NCBI GenBank assembly: GCA_050916035.1
Contig: CP050876.1
Location: forward strand, 700,727 to 764,726
Length of the DNA stretch: 64,000 nucleotides
Reading direction: 5' to 3'
DNA from: Vampirovibrio sp.
Lineage (GTDB): Bacteria > Cyanobacteriota > Vampirovibrionia > Vampirovibrionales > JAJTHC01
The first letter of the stretch is position 1; each line of letters starts with the position of its first letter. Below, in pieces: positions 1 to 8,341 of the stretch. The notes beneath the pieces were generated by a model that did not search any database, was not told the origin of the DNA, and worked only from the letters and a program-made list of their open reading frames with translations. The position numbers and the translations under genes were made by a program.

Positions 1-768
1 AATATAAATAGGCCGATCATTTTGATATTTGACAATAACGTTGCCCAAATCATCTAATTTTTGAAGAAGCCCCAAACCCCTTAAGGTGATTTGCTCCGCC
101 CCATGTTCAATAATGCCTCCACTAAAATTGGTATTGTTCTGCTGTAAGGCGCCAAAAACGTCTTTTAAGGTAATTTGATATTCGGACAATTTTTGTGGAT
201 ACACGGTGACTTGGTATTCTCGTGTTTCTCCCCCCCACGTATTGATTTCATTCACCCCAGGGACGCTACGCAATAGGTATTTAATGTCCCATTCATGCAA
301 CGTTTTTAAGTCCGCAGGCGAATACCCGTGGCCCGTGAGGACATATTGATAAATTTCTCCCATGCCTGTGGTAATGGGACCCAGTTCGGGGTTAAAGCCC
401 ATTGGTAAGCGGGCTTTAGCACTTTGTAATTTTTCGTTGACCAGTTGACGGGCAAAATAAATATTGACCCCTTCTTTAAAGACGACGGTCACCACGGAAA
501 CACCTAGTTTGGAAAGGGAACGTACTTCTTGCACCTTGGGGAGTCCATTCATCATGGATTCAATGGGAATGGTGACCAGTTGTTCGCTTTCTAAGGGATT
601 GGCTCCTTGGGTATCGGTTAAAATTTGAACTTGGTTATTACTTAAGTCGGGGAAGGCATCAATCGCTAAAGTTTTAAACGCAATTAACCCGCCGATTAAA
701 CATAACGCAAAAAATAGGCAAATCATGAATCGTTGACGAATAAGTTTGACCAAAAACCGTTCAAGCAT
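1..768 (-). CDS. CzcA/CusA-family heavy-metal efflux RND permease, N-terminal 256 codons (gene runs off the window start)
   Basis: Own translation of the minus strand from ATG (768-766): MLERFLVKLIRQRFMICLFFALCLIGGLIAFKTLAIDAFPDLSNNQVQILTDTQGANPLESEQLVTIPIES... It stays open to position 1. It resembles the N-terminus of the 8341-11469 product. The start lies 1 nt after the stop of the adaptor gene. Confidence 0.85.
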   Translation of the reverse strand, partial: MLERFLVKLIRQRFMICLFFALCLIGGLIAFKTLAIDAFPDLSNNQVQILTDTQGANPLESEQLVTIPIESMMNGLPKVQEVRSLSKLGVSVVTVVFKEGVNIYFARQLVNEKLQSAKARLPMGFNPELGPITTGMGEIYQYVLTGHGYSPADLKTLHEWDIKYLLRSVPGVNEINTWGGETREYQVTVYPQKLSEYQITLKDVFGALQQNNTNFSGGIIEHGAEQITLRGLGLLQKLDDLGNVIVKYQNDRPIYI

Positions 769-769
769 T

Positions 770-2014
770 TTAGGACGGCTCTCCTTCTGCCTCTTTAAGC
801 CATGCGGCTTTCAGGGTAAAGCTCCCTTGGCCGACGATGTTTTCTCCCGCCTTTAACCCCTGAATGATCCATATGCCTGTGGGGGAAGCACTCCCCACCA
901 CAACCCGCCGTTTTTGATAATGCCTCTGTCCTAAATCGATAAAGACAAAGGATTCTTTGCCGTAGCTTTGTAAGGCGTGGTGAGGAATAAAGGGTTTTTG
1001 AAGGTGCAGGTTTTTTTGAATATGAATTTCACCCATCATGCCAGGCTTGAGTGCTTGCTGAGGGTTGGGGATGAAAACCCGTGCGGTAAAGGTTTGACTG
1101 GGCTGATTACTGATGGGTTGAATATAGTCAATATGCCCTTTGAAGGCCTTTGTGGGGAAGCTGTCCGCTTTAAATACAACGCTTTGATTTTTTTGAATGC
1201 TTCCAATTTGATTGGCGTAAAGGGTGATGTCCAACCAAAGTTCTCCAAGGTCGGAAACTTCATATAAGGTTTGACTGGGAGACACCACTGAACCTAAGGT
1301 AACATTTTTTTTGGTAACAACCCCTGAACGTAAGGCTTTAATCGGACTAGTGGTACTGAGTTGTTCGGATTCAAAATCTGGGCGACTCCCGTAGGTGCTG
1401 AGCAACGCGGTGGCTTCGGACCGAATATGAAGGGCCCGCTCATGGGCGTGATCTAAATTACTTTTTGCCAGAATGAGATCCGATTCGGATTGTAAAAAAT
1501 CTTTTTCGGGACTAATGCCCACTTTAAATAGGCGTTTTTCTCGGTCATACGCCCGCTTGGCCAGTGTATAGTGTGTTTTGGCTTGATTGATTTCAACTTG
1601 ATTTTCATGCAGTTGTTGCTTAAAACGAGCGTTGATTTGGGTGACTTCCGCACTTTGAATCACCGCGACGGTTTGCCCTGCTTCAACCGTATCTCCCAAT
1701 TGGAGCCGGTCTTCTACAATACGACCCGTGACAATGGGGTTAATGAAAAAAAGTGTATTCTCATTTGCTTTGATTTCTCCTGTGGTGACGACTTCATCCA
1801 CAACAGGCTCGGTGGTGACTTTAAACGATTGAATAGGCGTTTGGGTGATGACGGTTTTGCTGAGGTAAATATCACGCGTTTCGGTTTTGGCTGGGTGATT
1901 GGAGGCGATGGGGGGGGCTTGGCCACATCCTGAAGTCCCTAGGCAGAAAAGCAATCCTAAAAAAAAAGGTAAACTTTTTAGCGGGTTGAATGAAAATGAG
2001 GGTGCCATGGTCAA
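770..2014 (-). CDS. RND efflux periplasmic adaptor (membrane fusion protein, HlyD/CzcB-like), probable lipoprotein
   Basis: 414-aa ORF. N-terminal signal ending LGTSGC. Coiled-coil hairpin region (QINARFKQQLHENQVEINQAKTHYTLAKRAYDREKRLFKVGISPEKDF) followed by beta-barrel segments typical of MFPs. Directly precedes the RND permease. Confidence 0.85.
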   Translation of the reverse strand: MTMAPSFSFNPLKSLPFFLGLLFCLGTSGCGQAPPIASNHPAKTETRDIYLSKTVITQTPIQSFKVTTEPVVDEVVTTGEIKANENTLFFINPIVTGRIVEDRLQLGDTVEAGQTVAVIQSAEVTQINARFKQQLHENQVEINQAKTHYTLAKRAYDREKRLFKVGISPEKDFLQSESDLILAKSNLDHAHERALHIRSEATALLSTYGSRPDFESEQLSTTSPIKALRSGVVTKKNVTLGSVVSPSQTLYEVSDLGELWLDITLYANQIGSIQKNQSVVFKADSFPTKAFKGHIDYIQPISNQPSQTFTARVFIPNPQQALKPGMMGEIHIQKNLHLQKPFIPHHALQSYGKESFVFIDLGQRHYQKRRVVVGSASPTGIWIIQGLKAGENIVGQGSFTLKAAWLKEAEGEPS

Positions 2015-2139
2015 AACCTTTTAGATGTATGTATTTTTAAGAATGAGGACAAATCCAAGATGAACCTTAAGTCTAAGAGTACCTTAAAAGGGCTAAAAAA
2101 ACAAAACGCTTTTAAGGTCGCTTGGTGTATGATGTGGCT

Positions 2140-2898
2140 ATGAAAAGTTTAACGTTATTACACTTGTACCCAAATGAAATGAACCTGTATGGGGATCGAG
2201 GAAATGTCTTGGCCTTGTATCAACAGTTGGCATGGCGTGGCGTGCGTTTAAAGGTTTTGTCTGCGCCTTTGGGCGCCTGGCAGGTGTCTTGGCAGGAAGC
2301 GGACCTTATTTTTATGGGCGGAGGCCAAGACGCTCAACAATTCACGGTCGTGGAGGATTTACATCGTCATAAGGCCCCGTCCCTGAAGGGCTTGGCTCAA
2401 GACGGCGCTCTTTTTTTAGGGATTTGCGGCGGCTTTCAATTTTTAGGGCATTATTATAAAACACCGCAAGGGAATGAATTAAGGGGGCTTAGTTTGCTGG
2501 ACGCCTATACCGTTGCAGGTTCAGCGCGTTTTATTGGCAATGTGGTCTTAGAAACCTCTCTTTTGGGGAAGTCGGAGACCTTAGTAGGCTTTGAAAATCA
2601 TAGTGGTTTAACCTATTTAGGCGCAGACTTGCCCCCTTTGGGGAAAATCTTGGTGGGACGAGGCAATAACGGGAAAGATAGGACGGAAGGCGCGAATTTT
2701 CAGAATCAAATTATAGGTACTTATTTACATGGTGCTTTATTACCTAAGAATCCTGTTTTAAGTGAAGCTTTATTGTCGTGGGCATGGCAACGTCGCTATG
2801 GGGAAGGTTTGCCTCCTCTGCGCTATGCAGGGGAACTTTTGGCGAGCCAAGCCCATCAAGAAGCCCTATGTGTAGCCAAATTCAAAGATAAACGTTAA
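2140..2898 (+). CDS. gatD: Lipid II isoglutaminyl synthase glutamine amidotransferase subunit GatD (CobQ/CobB-type GATase)
   Basis: LYPNEMNLYGDRGN, FMGGGQD, ICGGFQFLGHYY (nucleophile Cys), VGFENHSG, GTYLHGALLPKN; these run collinear with the GatD sequence as I recall it. The ORF track starts at TTG 2122; the ATG at 2140 (MKSLTLL) is the more likely start. Confidence 0.8.
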   Translation: MKSLTLLHLYPNEMNLYGDRGNVLALYQQLAWRGVRLKVLSAPLGAWQVSWQEADLIFMGGGQDAQQFTVVEDLHRHKAPSLKGLAQDGALFLGICGGFQFLGHYYKTPQGNELRGLSLLDAYTVAGSARFIGNVVLETSLLGKSETLVGFENHSGLTYLGADLPPLGKILVGRGNNGKDRTEGANFQNQIIGTYLHGALLPKNPVLSEALLSWAWQRRYGEGLPPLRYAGELLASQAHQEALCVAKFKDKR

Positions 2899-2933
2899 AA
2901 TAAAAAGAATGCTATCGTGACGAAAGGTGCTTC

Positions 2934-5900
2934 ATGTCTGCTCCTGCTTCCCCTGAACAAACATTTTTGGCGTTGTTATGTGTTGAATTACTTCATATGC
3001 CCGAAGCCCCTGAGGCGTCTGAATTGGATATACAGAGTCTCTCGGCACGTTTTCAGGAGCAGTTGGCGGAACGTTTAGCGACTTTAGGCGGTGCTGTCGT
3101 GGAACGTGAATACCAAAATATGGTGTTTATTGCGTTTTCGCATCATGCCAACCCTGTGGATGAATTGGAATCCGCCTTAAGCTTTGTTCTGCAATTGTAT
3201 CGTAAACCTTTGCCTGTGCTTAGAGCGAACCGGTCCTTGTCTTTACGTTTTGGTTTGAGTTTGGAAGAACTCAACCAGCGGAACCCTATGGCATCTGCCG
3301 CGGAGCGGAGCTTGGCGGGGGCTTCTCAAATTGTGGTGTCTCAGCGTGTGTTGCAAGTCATTGGGCAAACGCGCTATCCCTTTGAACCTTTGGTAGTGGA
3401 TAATCCCATGGCGCGGCAGGGGCAGTATTTTGTATTGACTTTGCAAGCGCTTAAAGCCGAAGCAATGGCTTCGATGTCTTTTACTCAGGTGGATGCTGAC
3501 CCTTCGCCTCGTCATGCCACGAGTGAGGAAGATGGCTTTACTGATTTTTCTGTGGAAGAACATTCGCCCTATACAGTTTATACGACCGAAGCCTTACCCA
3601 CTGACGTGACGGTTGCGCTTCCTCCCGTGGAACAGGCGACCCCCTTGGCGCTGTCTGTTGAATCGGTCTTGCCTCACTTGCCCCCCTTGCCTCCTTTGGT
3701 AGAGGCATATTCTGTTTCTGATCGGCTGGACCCACCTGTGGCAGTTGAGCCAGAGGCGCCTACGCTTCGGCGGGATGCCTTTGATATTTTCTCGACGCCT
3801 CAGGGAATTTTAGAAGATCCTTTTGTCCTTCCAATAGCGGAGTCGCGATCTTCTTCTTTAGACGTGCGTCCTGAACAGAACCTGTCTTCAGAAGAAAAAA
3901 TGCCCGTGGCCTATTATTCGCCTCGTTTACATATTTTTGATGAAGCTCCTTCGTGGCCCCGCTTGGATGAGCGCCCCTTGTGGGTGCCTGCGGAAACTAT
4001 TCCTACCACGCTATATACCTTGAATGGTCTGCAGGATTTTCTGCCTTTGTTTTTAGCCAAGGGCTTAGGGGTGTATCAAGACGACTACCCAACGACTCAG
4101 CAAGTGTTTTGTCTACTGGGGGAAACGGGTTCAGGCACTACCTCTAGCATCATGACTGCGCGTCAACACTTAGATGCCTTTTTAAAGGAAGGGCAAGCTT
4201 CTTCGGAAGAAGGGCTTTCGCCCGCCATGGAAGACGGGGTGGAACCTCCGTATTTGAGTTTGCATACGTCGCATTATCGTCATCAATCGGCGTATCCTTT
4301 TTATTTAGAGTTATGGCATGACTTATGTCGTGCGTTGTTTCAAATCCCTACGGAAGGGTTTTTACAGTCGCAGATTCAATCCGCCATTGAAGGGGTATTG
4401 TTTTATATTTTGCCTGAAGCGGAACAGGCGCTTGCACAGCCTTATATTCAGACCTTGACTCGCTTTATGGGGGGCGCGGGTGCGGAACCTAGTCTGGATT
4501 TGATTGAAGCCTTGGCATGGGTACTTCCCCAAGTGGCTACGGTTAAGCCGTTGCTTTTACAATTGGAAAATTTAGAAACGGCCGATGAAGCCTCCCTTTA
4601 TGTTTTGGGCGTTTTGTTGCATCAATATGGGTTGGCGTCTCACAAAGGGATGGTCTGGGTGCTTCAATCCGCCCCTTCTCACCATTTGGCCTGCCTTGAA
4701 TATATTGATCCTATCTACTATAGTACGGGTCGGCTGAATGCTTTAAGTCCCACCCAAAGTGAAGATTATTTGAAAAGCACGTGGTTGGCAGGCTGTTTTG
4801 ACGCGTGCCCCACTTCTTTTATAGAGGGGCTGATTCAGCGTGGAGAAGGCAAGCCTTTTTATCTAGAAGAAGCCTTGCGTTATGCCTTGCAATGTCGTTT
4901 GTTAGAAAGCAATCCACAAACAGGGATGATGGAATGGATAGGAGGTAACGACGAGCAGACCTTTGCTTGGCCTGAATCGATGACGGCGCTTTGGTATGAA
5001 CGTTTACAAGTATTGCCGGAAGAAACGGCCAAGGTTTTACAGCTGGCGGGTATTTTGGGTATTCGTTTTTCTATGTTGAGTGTGGCGTCCTTATTAGGGC
5101 TGGAACAAGACGTTTTAAATCAGCACTTGGGCGTTTTGTGGGAACAAGGGTGGATTCTCCCTGATGTGGCGGACAGCGTTTCTTTTCGGCATCCTTTGCT
5201 TTTAAAGGCGGTGCGTCAATTTATGCCTGCTGATGAATTGTCGCATCGGCATGCGTGGGTCTATGAATCTTTGAGCCAGCATTTTGAAGCCCCTGTCGCT
5301 ATGCCTGAACCTGTTTTGGCGTTTCATGCGTTTTATGGCGCTTTACCAGAAGCGTTGGCTCATCAAAATCAAGCATGGCAGGAACGTATTGAACCGTTTA
5401 CGGGGTCATGGTTACCTTCATTTTTGAGACGTCTGCAGTTGCAAGATGTAGATTTGGATCTTAAAACGCGTCTGTCGCTTTGGCATGCGCATTTGCAAGC
5501 GGAACCTGATCCGCAGGCGGAAAAAAGCTTACTTAAATGTGAGGCTTATGAAGCCTTGCAAATGGGGCACTTGACTTTAGCTGCTGCAGCAACCTTTGAA
5601 ATGTTGATTTTGTTGGGAGATGACGCCAAGGAACAGTTGGATCTTAAAAATGCTCAACGTTTGTATGAATACGCACGAGACATTCATCAAGAATCCGCGT
5701 TGAATGCGCACGGTGATTTTATCGCGATGACCAGTTTAATGGTCTTGGCATGGATGCGTTATGACCTGTTGGATTTACAATCATGGTGGAAACGTTTGGA
5801 ACATCACTCGGCGTGGAAAGAGCCTTCTACCGCTTTAGTCCCTTGGAAATTAGAAGCCATTGGTTTGGCCTTACATTTGTATCGTTTGCAAGCCAATAGT

Positions 5901-6779
5901 CCCGCGGTGAAAAAATGGTATGCACAAGCCAAGCATCTGTGGGAACTTTGTATTCGAGACGCCCTGAATCCCCTGTGGATGGCACGGAGCCAATTGGCCT
6001 ATGCTCATTATCTTTACGACAAGGGGGCTTTGCATGCGTATCGTCAAATTACTGAAAATGTGAAGTTGGTCTTGGCGTCCACACCGACGCAAAGTGTGGC
6101 TTTGCATCAAACCTTGGTGGATTACGTCATGGTGAATTGGCTTGAAGACCATCACCACCGCTTGCAAAGCGCCGTGCAAGAACGATATCAATATTTGGCG
6201 GAGGATTTAGAGACCAATCGTCATCAGTTCACCCCTCATCATCGTCGTGTGCTGGAAACCCTCGTGGCTTCTATGCGTCACCCTCAAAAAAGCGACGACT
6301 ATTTGTCTCAAATGCGACGTTTAGGATTGGGTTTGGTCGCGGATGTCTTGGCTTGGCAAAAAATAGAAGAGGCGCTGATGAGTCGGCAAGTGGATTCGAT
6401 TCAACACGCCTTAGACGATTGGCAATTTAATTTAACGGGAGATGTACTTCCTCATTTTGAACTATTGACTTGGCAAGCCACGATGGTGCGTGTACGGATT
6501 TTGATTTTGGAACAGGCCTTTGTCCCTGCACTACAGCTTATTTCGACAGTGTGGACCCCTTTGGCATCGTCTTTAATGGGGCGGGTCTTGGTCATGACTT
6601 TGGCCTTATTGGCACACATTTATCATCGCGTGGCCTATGAGGCGGGAATGGGACTTGCTCAGCAAGACGCCTATGTGAAAAAAAGTCGTGGCTTTGCCGA
6701 ACAAGCCTTGGCCTTAAGCGTACAAAGTCAGAATCCTACCTTACAAGCGGATGCTGAAACCTTGATGAAATTTGGATAA
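2934..6779 (+). CDS. Large STAND-like regulator: degenerate class III cyclase-homology domain, Pro-rich linker, degenerate P-loop NTPase (AAA_16-like), C-terminal helical/TPR-like repeats
   Basis: 1281-aa ORF. The N-terminus follows the cyclase layout but lacks the metal-binding Asp residues (LALLCVELLHM; GGAVVEREYQNMVFIAF; LRFGLSLEEL; AAERSLAGASQIVVSQRVL). Walker-A-like GETGSGTTS at 4119-4145 has Thr where the Lys should be. The long alpha-helical C-terminal half resembles MalT/Rv0386-type proteins. Confidence 0.6.
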   Translation: MSAPASPEQTFLALLCVELLHMPEAPEASELDIQSLSARFQEQLAERLATLGGAVVEREYQNMVFIAFSHHANPVDELESALSFVLQLYRKPLPVLRANRSLSLRFGLSLEELNQRNPMASAAERSLAGASQIVVSQRVLQVIGQTRYPFEPLVVDNPMARQGQYFVLTLQALKAEAMASMSFTQVDADPSPRHATSEEDGFTDFSVEEHSPYTVYTTEALPTDVTVALPPVEQATPLALSVESVLPHLPPLPPLVEAYSVSDRLDPPVAVEPEAPTLRRDAFDIFSTPQGILEDPFVLPIAESRSSSLDVRPEQNLSSEEKMPVAYYSPRLHIFDEAPSWPRLDERPLWVPAETIPTTLYTLNGLQDFLPLFLAKGLGVYQDDYPTTQQVFCLLGETGSGTTSSIMTARQHLDAFLKEGQASSEEGLSPAMEDGVEPPYLSLHTSHYRHQSAYPFYLELWHDLCRALFQIPTEGFLQSQIQSAIEGVLFYILPEAEQALAQPYIQTLTRFMGGAGAEPSLDLIEALAWVLPQVATVKPLLLQLENLETADEASLYVLGVLLHQYGLASHKGMVWVLQSAPSHHLACLEYIDPIYYSTGRLNALSPTQSEDYLKSTWLAGCFDACPTSFIEGLIQRGEGKPFYLEEALRYALQCRLLESNPQTGMMEWIGGNDEQTFAWPESMTALWYERLQVLPEETAKVLQLAGILGIRFSMLSVASLLGLEQDVLNQHLGVLWEQGWILPDVADSVSFRHPLLLKAVRQFMPADELSHRHAWVYESLSQHFEAPVAMPEPVLAFHAFYGALPEALAHQNQAWQERIEPFTGSWLPSFLRRLQLQDVDLDLKTRLSLWHAHLQAEPDPQAEKSLLKCEAYEALQMGHLTLAAAATFEMLILLGDDAKEQLDLKNAQRLYEYARDIHQESALNAHGDFIAMTSLMVLAWMRYDLLDLQSWWKRLEHHSAWKEPSTALVPWKLEAIGLALHLYRLQANSPAVKKWYAQAKHLWELCIRDALNPLWMARSQLAYAHYLYDKGALHAYRQITENVKLVLASTPTQSVALHQTLVDYVMVNWLEDHHHRLQSAVQERYQYLAEDLETNRHQFTPHHRRVLETLVASMRHPQKSDDYLSQMRRLGLGLVADVLAWQKIEEALMSRQVDSIQHALDDWQFNLTGDVLPHFELLTWQATMVRVRILILEQAFVPALQLISTVWTPLASSLMGRVLVMTLALLAHIYHRVAYEAGMGLAQQDAYVKKSRGFAEQALALSVQSQNPTLQADAETLMKFG

Positions 6780-6913
6780 GGAATTTTGAATCATTGCGTT
6801 TAAGTGAAGTGGCTATAAGCTTCTGCTTATAAGCCCTGCACGGCTTCTATGTTTATGGTAGGATTAACTTAGAATGTATTTTTTTGTAATGGTTGTCAAA
6901 GAATGCTTGAAGT

Positions 6914-8341
6914 ATGAGCGTGGGGAATTTCATGAAACGTCTGTGCATTTTAAGTCTAAGTAGCCTTGTGTGCCTGCTATGCATGAGTGTAGGGTTGCCC
7001 GCATGGGGTGCTGAGTTACCTGTCGTTCAAAACTCTACCTTTGAATCGCTGTATGAGACAGCCATCAAGCAAAATCCAGATATTAAAGTGCTTCAAGAAA
7101 GCTTGCAGGTTTCTCAGCAAGATATTGTCATTGCAGGTTATATTCCTAACCCGAGTTTGAATACCTATTGGGGCTGGGGTAAAATGACCTCCGTGTTGGG
7201 GAACCCGAATCAGGTGGGTTTACAGCAAACGTTGGAACTGGGGCCTAAACGGAAATTACGTACTTTAGATGCCCAACTCCAATACGACAAAGAAAAGGCA
7301 GGTTTGCAACAAGCCTTGTGGCAATTACGGAGTCATTTACGACTGGCGTATTTAGACTACTTGGCCACGGTGAGTCAAATGGAGCAGTTGGAAAAACAGT
7401 ATAGTTTGGTGAATCAGTTGATTCATATCGCGGAAGTTCGTTTCAAGGCGGGCAGTTCGCCTCAGGCGGATTTGATTCAGGCCCAGTTGAGTCAGTATCA
7501 ATTGAATCCTGTTCGTATTCAGCTTCAAGGCCAGTTGGTTCAAAATCAATGGAAATTGGCGCAGTGGGTGGGGTTGACGCAACGAGACGCCTTGCACTTA
7601 GACGGGAGCCATTCCGCATTGTTAGAACAAGTGCCGTATTGGAAGACCCCTGTGCCTGAAGCAGATTATTTGACTTGTCTAGCCAAGCTTAAGCAGTTTG
7701 GACGCCAACATCGCCAAGAACTTAAAATCGCCTTACAGCAAGTGGAACAAAGTCGTGTTCGCTTGAAGGCGAGCAAGTTACAACGTATTCCTGATCCACA
7801 AATCGGTGGGGGGATTTTATTTGTCAATACGCTTTCTCCGCTTTCTAATATTAATGAAAAAGATAATTTTCTAGGGGGCTATGCGACTCTTAACGTCGCT
7901 TTGCCTATTTTTCATAATCAAGGCGGGGAAATCGCCAAGAGCAAGGCGCGTCTTTCGGTGGATGAAGGCAATGTTGAAGCCTTAGAATTTGCCATTGACA
8001 GTGGGATTCAACAGGCGGTGGTGGGGATTGAAACGCAGCAAAAAACCTTGGAAAATTACCGTAAACAATTGCTCCCGCAATCCCTGCAAGTCTTGCAATT
8101 AGCCGATTTAGGGTATCGCTACGGGAAAACAGGCTTGGCGAATGTAATTTTAGCGCGTCAGGCTTATCAAGCCATTCAGGTCGACTATATCAAAACCTTG
8201 GGGCAAGCTTGGCAGTCTTGGGCCGCTTTAGAACAACAAACGGGTTTACCTTTAGAAGTCTTGGTGAATGAATTACCGTGGTCGCAGCCGACTCAGGTGT
8301 ATCAACGGCCAAACTTGCCAACGCCTTTGGAAATACACTAA
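6914..8341 (+). CDS. TolC-family outer-membrane efflux factor (CzcC-like)
   Basis: 475-aa ORF with a signal peptide (LSSLVCLLCMSVGLPAWGAE). Two tandem OEP-type helical repeats. First gene of an OMF-RND-MFP cluster; its stop overlaps the next start (TAATG). Confidence 0.8.
   Translation: MSVGNFMKRLCILSLSSLVCLLCMSVGLPAWGAELPVVQNSTFESLYETAIKQNPDIKVLQESLQVSQQDIVIAGYIPNPSLNTYWGWGKMTSVLGNPNQVGLQQTLELGPKRKLRTLDAQLQYDKEKAGLQQALWQLRSHLRLAYLDYLATVSQMEQLEKQYSLVNQLIHIAEVRFKAGSSPQADLIQAQLSQYQLNPVRIQLQGQLVQNQWKLAQWVGLTQRDALHLDGSHSALLEQVPYWKTPVPEADYLTCLAKLKQFGRQHRQELKIALQQVEQSRVRLKASKLQRIPDPQIGGGILFVNTLSPLSNINEKDNFLGGYATLNVALPIFHNQGGEIAKSKARLSVDEGNVEALEFAIDSGIQQAVVGIETQQKTLENYRKQLLPQSLQVLQLADLGYRYGKTGLANVILARQAYQAIQVDYIKTLGQAWQSWAALEQQTGLPLEVLVNELPWSQPTQVYQRPNLPTPLEIH

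Noticed and set aside
977-1933. Several 66-120-aa ORFs on both strands inside the 770-2014 adaptor gene, and similar nested ORFs inside icd, ileS, the helicase and the RND pump
   Set aside because: All are fully embedded in long, motif-supported genes and have low-complexity or Arg/His-rich translations typical of off-frame reading.
8278-8340. Upstream start (8278) giving a 1063-aa RND pump
   Set aside because: The extra 21 codons lie inside the OMF gene in another frame. The ATG at 8341 gives the canonical MKWLN... RND N-terminus with TAATG coupling.
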